From NCBI GenBank assembly GCA_950097015.1, contig CATNEN010000007.1, positions 8,804,001-8,868,000 of the forward strand: a stretch of 64,000 nucleotides of DNA. Reading direction: 5' to 3'. Under the pieces are notes generated by a model, which saw only the letters and a list, made by a program, of their open reading frames with translations, did no database searches and was not told the DNA's origin. The number at the start of each line of letters is the position of its first letter. Position 1 is the stretch's first letter. Of this stretch, positions 58,963 to 64,000 are shown piece after piece. Made by a program: the position numbers and the translations under genes. The DNA is from Macrostomum hystrix (lineage: Eukaryota > Animalia > Platyhelminthes).

Positions 58963-59799
58963 GGCCTCTCAAACCGTTAAAATTGCTTTAAACTTTCTCC
59001 AAACTGCTGTAAATTCATTGATAAATGTTCTATATTTTTCCAGCGCTTATTTGTGTTTGAGCATTGTGTTTGAGCAGCAGCAATTCTTATTGAGTCAGAT
59101 GTGGCAGCCAGGCAGCAATTTCTGATGCCATCGTCTGATTTTCAACGCGCCATCCACCTACGGCTGATTTCATTCTAGCGACAGTCGCTCAATATTAACC
59201 ATGGTGAGTGGCGCCCACTACCTACTTATTAGTAGTGAGTCAGAACTGCCCGTTGTTTATCTGCACTTTTAACTAATTGCCCATTAAATTGCCCCGTCTG
59301 CATCGAATTTTCAAGCTCAGTTTTGCACTTCATAAACAGCTTAGTTGGGTGAAACATGAGCTGCAGTTTTAACGGTTTGTTTAGAGAAAACTGCTGGACC
59401 TGTTGCTGCGGTTTGTTAGTGCGCACTCACTGTAATCAACATTGGATATGAATTGGCAATTAGGTTAGGTATAATTAAAATCTTGTCTAGTTTCTAGCAT
59501 GTCTGGTCTAAACTCCTTTAGCCAATTTGCTGCTTTCAATGCGCTATTGCTGTTGCAAATTATTGCGAAAACTGCTTGCGAGATGCAGCAAAGTTTGATA
59601 GCTGTTTATTGCGAAGTTTCAGTTGGTCTGGAGTGCATTAGGCTTGCTCAGAATTGTCCGCCTCTGCTTTTGCGCTTTCTCAATCTCAGAAGATAAAGTT
59701 TTCCTTACTGGAAGCCGAATGAATTCTGATGTTTAGCGAGACAACCACAAAGCTAATTGTTTATTTTAATCCTAAATAGGGGTCCCAAATTGGGGTCGA

Positions 59800-60050
59800 G
59801 AGGGTTTTAGCCTTGTGGTTAGAGCGTCGGAATCACGGCATGAAGGTCGGGGGTTCGATTCCCGACTCCACTGGAACAATTCATGTCCTTATGATCTAGC
59901 AAGACGCAAAACTCTGTAGCTGGGGTAATTGAGGGTGGGTGTGGCATCCCTCCAGTCCATGGACTGAACAGCCGTACACAGATTTCTTGAGGGGCCGATC
60001 TGCGGCTGTGCTGTCGGCAGCATATCGGGCCCAGTTGGGCAGGTGTAATT
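59800..60050 (+). mobile_element. tRNA/CORE-like SINE family B
   Basis: GTGGTTAGAGCGTCGGAATCACGGCATGAAGGTCGGGGGTTCGATTCCCG...CAGTCCATGGACTGAACAG...CTGCGGCTGTGCTGTCGG. Confidence 0.78.
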
Positions 60051-60519
60051 TATTTATTATAAATCCGTATTGTGTTTTCGCATTGAAATTCCAGATTAAG
60101 ATTTCAGTAAGAATCTAGGATTGAGATGCCCTATTAAAATCCTGGTGTAAAGGTCTGTGTCAGAATCCCTAGTCTTGGATTCCATACTAGAACTCAGATT
60201 TGAAATTCAACTTCGCTGATTGGCCAGAATCGCTATCGCTAGTTGCTGGGGTGGGGGCGGCAGTGGGGTTGGACTCGAATGTGAACAGGCCGCACGGGTA
60301 AGTTTGAATAAGACACCGAGTGAGACACCCAGAAAGCAACAGAAATAATATACTAGTTGCAGCTAATTTTCTAGCTGCTTAAATTCCTTGCCGCCCACAA
60401 CTGTCAAGCCGAGCGCCGTCCCAAACTGACAATCGTGTACTTTTGGTTTCTCAAAACGACTTCCTTGATTACTGAGTCTGGAATTCGGGACTTAATTACT
60501 AATTAGCGCCGACAAATCG

Positions 60520-63500
60520 ATGCCGAGCAGCAAGGGCGCCAAGAGACGCAATCACACCTGGGATTCAAGCAAGTTTTTCCAATCCTTCTTCCAGTCACTG
60601 CCCACAGGCGCCGCCAGTCCCGCCGCCGCCGTCGCCCCGAATGCCTCTCCAGCGTCTACCGGCCCCGTCTCTGCTGCCGCCGCCACCGCTGCGGCTGCAA
60701 CCGTTGCTTCTGCAGCCGCATCCGCTCAGATTGGCGACGCGCCAGGCGATGCCACCGCTGCTGACGAGATTGATCAGCAGTTCGCCTTGAAGGAGGGCTG
60801 CATTGAGAATGCATTCAGGTGCGTCTGTTTGGTAACCTGTTTAGTAAGATACTTAGTATTTTATAAGAAATCTCAAGCCTTACTCAAAATCGAATCCCCT
60901 TGTCCAGGCGGGCCAAGCAGTGGGCCGACTACGTCAGGGACGTGGCCAACTCAGTTGAGAAGATGTGCGCCCTGTCTGTTGAGTATCACCAGCGCATGGG
61001 TGACACTGTCGCACAGTTCATGCAGGTGCTGCGCTCAGAGGCCTCCAGTAGCTTGCCCCTGCAGTCCTACTACATGGCTGGCGCCGGCATCATCCAGCAG
61101 GACTGCCAGTCCTCCGAGCAGATATTCAGAGCCAGTGTGCCCCAGATCGTGCACGAAGCGCTTCGGTCGCGCGTGAAGGAGCACGAGGCGGCCAGGAAGA
61201 GGCTGAAGGCCGACTGGGCCGCGGCTGTGCGGCTGTGGCGGAAATCCCTGCAGACAATGGAGCAGGCCAGGCAGTTCTATTATCAGCGCTGCGCTGAGGT
61301 GCGTGCAGCCCCTCACCCACTGTGCCTTTTCGAATGAAAGCAGCATTTGAAAAAATAGTATATACGACTAGCATTTGCCTTCCCCATGGTATCGTGTACT
61401 TTTAGGATATTATTGTTCAGGGCTTAATTTTTCTGATCTAGAGCATGTTTGTTTTTCCCTAAAAGGCGGTGGTGCTGCAACATGTCCCCGTTTTTTAGCG
61501 GTGTCTTATTTGCTTGTTGCTATGCTGCATTCCTGGAATTTCTGCATCAGCTTCTGACGTTCAATGTACCAATTCGGCGCATCGCGGCCACATTTAACGA
61601 TCCCGTATTAAGGAAAATTCTGGGTGCAGCGCCTTCAAAGATACTCGGAGCTGATAGAAAATTAACTTTGCCGACTTGGTTACAAACCGAAGCTCTGACA
61701 AAGAAATTTGGGAAATTAGTGACTGTGCACCAGCCGCAACAATAAGGCAGCAATGATCTAAACACTTGCTACAAGTTGCAAGCCTCAATTTACTCAGCAA
61801 TTCACCACAATGCCAGGTGGAAAGAGCTCACTCTGAGTACGTGCAGACCAACACCAAGTCCACTAGCCTAGTGCTTGTGGCTTCAACTAGTCTTGAAGTC
61901 GGCGGCGGAGGCGGCGGCGGCGGCGGTGGTGGCCCGCAACTGCGCGGCGATCCAAAGCACGAGGCGAAGCTGGTGCGCAAGAAGAAGCTGGAGGACGACA
62001 GCGTGGCGAGGCGGGAGGCAGCCAGGCGGGCCTACCAGCGCTGCATCGAGGAGCTGAACAATGTCACCGAGCAGCGCGAACGGCGCAAGCTAGAGACGCT
62101 GCGCGCCGTCCGGGAGCTCATCGAGCGCGGCGATCAGTGCTTCATCGCCGCCACCTGCGGCTTCTTCGAGTGCTACGCGCGGGCCAAGGAGAGCAACAAT
62201 CAGGTTTGTACATTACCAGATATAGTCAGCTGTCTCAAAGTGTTGCTCTTGTCAGCTGCTGTCTCAAACTGATGCTCTTGTCAGCTGCTGTCTCAAAGTG
62301 TTGCTCTTGTCAGCTGCTGTCTCAAACTGTTGCTCTTGTCAGCTGCTGTCTCAAAGTGTTGCTCTTGTCAGCTTCTGTCTCAACCTTGTCAGCTTCTGTC
62401 TCAACCTTGTCAGCTTCTGTCTCAACCTTGTCAGCTTCTGTCTCAACCTTGTCAGCTTCTGTCTCAACCTTGTCAGCTTCTGTCTCAAACTGCCATTCTT
62501 GTCAGTTGCAATTCTGTGTAAACAGTATCGTTTGTTATTCTATTGTCACACCGTAGGCCTCAGTGACTCACCAAGGATGTAGCAGAGGAAGGGGTGGGGG
62601 TCACTTCTGTAACTAGTGCTCATCCCGATATCGCCCAAAGTTAATTTCCGCCCTCTAAGCTGCCGCAAACGCCGTGAAATTTATTTCGCCAGTCCATCTC
62701 GGAAGGCGGCTCTCCCCGCCCTGGCCGAGTGCGCTGCGGCGGCCGCTCAGTTGGCACAAAGGGAGCCGGTGAGGCCGCAGTCCCAGTTTCTAGACGGGCT
62801 GGCCTTGACAGTATCGAGCTCGCCCGCGCGCTCACACACAGAAGAGGAGAGGAAATTAACTGAGCTGTCGGTTGGGGGTGGGTGGAGCAGCGCTGCTGGA
62901 TGCGACTCTTGCCTTTGTGCCATGTAACTAAGGCCTGCAATCCCGCTTGATGCCTCGGCTAGATCTGGCCTGTTTACTGCTCAAGGCTGCTGTTTATCCG
63001 CCTGGCACTGATGTAACTGAGCGTCATTTCTGCGCCTCTAATCGGGAATAAAGCGTGAACTATAGTTCATCAGTATATGAGTATCTGTCTCAATCAGACT
63101 CTAGCCCTTTTACTCAGATTAGTCGCATTGCTAATCTTTCTAATTCCCATCCAATTTAGCCGATTTCTCGATATCTTTAATTAAATTTTTCTCTAAAATC
63201 AATTTCTCGCCTTCCTAACTCCTAACAGTCTGTCGACACTCAACTGTCTGAGTCCGTCACCTGCCTTACTCTGCAACTTGCATCCCCTACACACCCGCTG
63301 CCGCCTACGCATTTCACCTCACTCACCGCCTGCTGTTTTCACCAATATCGAACCGTGACTCGCCTCAGCACTTTAGCCCTCTACCGCCCCTGACCCGCTT
63401 CAACCCCTGACCCGCTTCAACCCCTGACCCGCTTCAACCCCTGACCGGCTTCAACCCCTGACCCGCTTCAACCCCTGACCCGCTTCAACCCCTGACCCGC

Positions 63501-64000
63501 TTCAACCCCTGACCCGCTTCAACCCCTGACCCGCCTCCGCACAGGAGCTGCGCAGCCTGAGCCGCACCAGCCACCAGAACTACAGGCCGGGCAGCAAATT
63601 CCGCGAATTCGTGCGAACCTGCATCAACCTGGACTCCGACGATCCTCCGCCGCGTTACACCTTCGAGGAGTTCGGCGGGGGCCAGTCCTCCGGCCCGCCG
63701 TCGCGCAAGGAGAGCCGCGGCTCCGGCGATCATCATCCGGGCGCTCTGTTCACCGCCGATGTCTGCGACCTCTCCGGCGCCTGCTGCGAAGACGAGATCG
63801 AAGAGGACGACGAATCCTCGGCTGGGGAGACAGTCTGTGTGGCCACCGCAACCGCCACCGCCGCCGCCTACGCTACGTCGACATCAACGGCGACAGCAAC
63901 GAGTAAGCTGGGCCTGGCCACACGGATCTGGTGCAGCACCCGCGACACCGCCAGCTCCCTGCTGCAGTTCCGCGACAAGCGCCAGACCCTGTTCAAGAAG
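60520..64000 (+). CDS. F-BAR-domain RhoGAP of the ARHGAP45(HMHA1)/ARHGAP29/GMIP family, 5' exons; continues beyond the window
   Basis: Exons 60520-60818, 60908-61298, 61817-62203 and 63545->64000 are in phase: EIDQQFALKEGCIENAFR|RAKQWADYVRDV...ARQFYYQRCAE|...RKKKLEDD..AYQRCIEE..VRELIERGDQ|ELRSL..NYRPGSKFREFV. C1 and RhoGAP domains are not in the window. Confidence 0.78.
62225..62492. repeat. Intronic minisatellite (TTGTCAGCT(G/T)CTGTCTCAA; 29- and 21-bp units)
   Basis: Tandem copies just after the donor at 62204. Confidence 0.9.
63387..63535. repeat. 17-bp minisatellite (CCCCTGACCCGCTTCAA) immediately before an acceptor
   Basis: About nine copies ending about 10 nt before the AG at 63543-63544. 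Confidence 0.92.

Overview
Eukaryotic (animal) genomic DNA with GT-AG introns, many intronic minisatellites and dense nested transposons. The style suggests a free-living flatworm such as Macrostomum, but that is an inference. Host genes: CHMP5 (3' exons); a PHD+FHA (PHF12-like) ORF with no ATG; three tandem secreted PAN+C-type lectin genes plus two pseudogene cassettes; a sphingosine kinase (minus strand); a PAN+F-type lectin; SGTA (minus); and an F-BAR RhoGAP of the ARHGAP45/29/GMIP family that runs off the right edge. The main structure is the 24.9-kb first visible intron of the sphingosine kinase. Almost all of it is one unit (19685-44072) with AGTAGT...ACTACT termini and a 6-bp target duplication CGAGTA. 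It is a deleted Polinton/Maverick-type endogenous virus with remnants of integrase, packaging ATPase, penton, probably the MCP C-terminus and small GSG-motif proteins. An intact RTE LINE and an intact Gypsy element have inserted into it. It also encloses about 11 kb of non-viral cargo, including an intact intron-containing lectin gene, between repeated right ends. A second highlight is a probable trans-spliced operon (CHMP5 -> PHF12-like) in which the downstream gene appears to need the spliced leader's AUG as its start codon.
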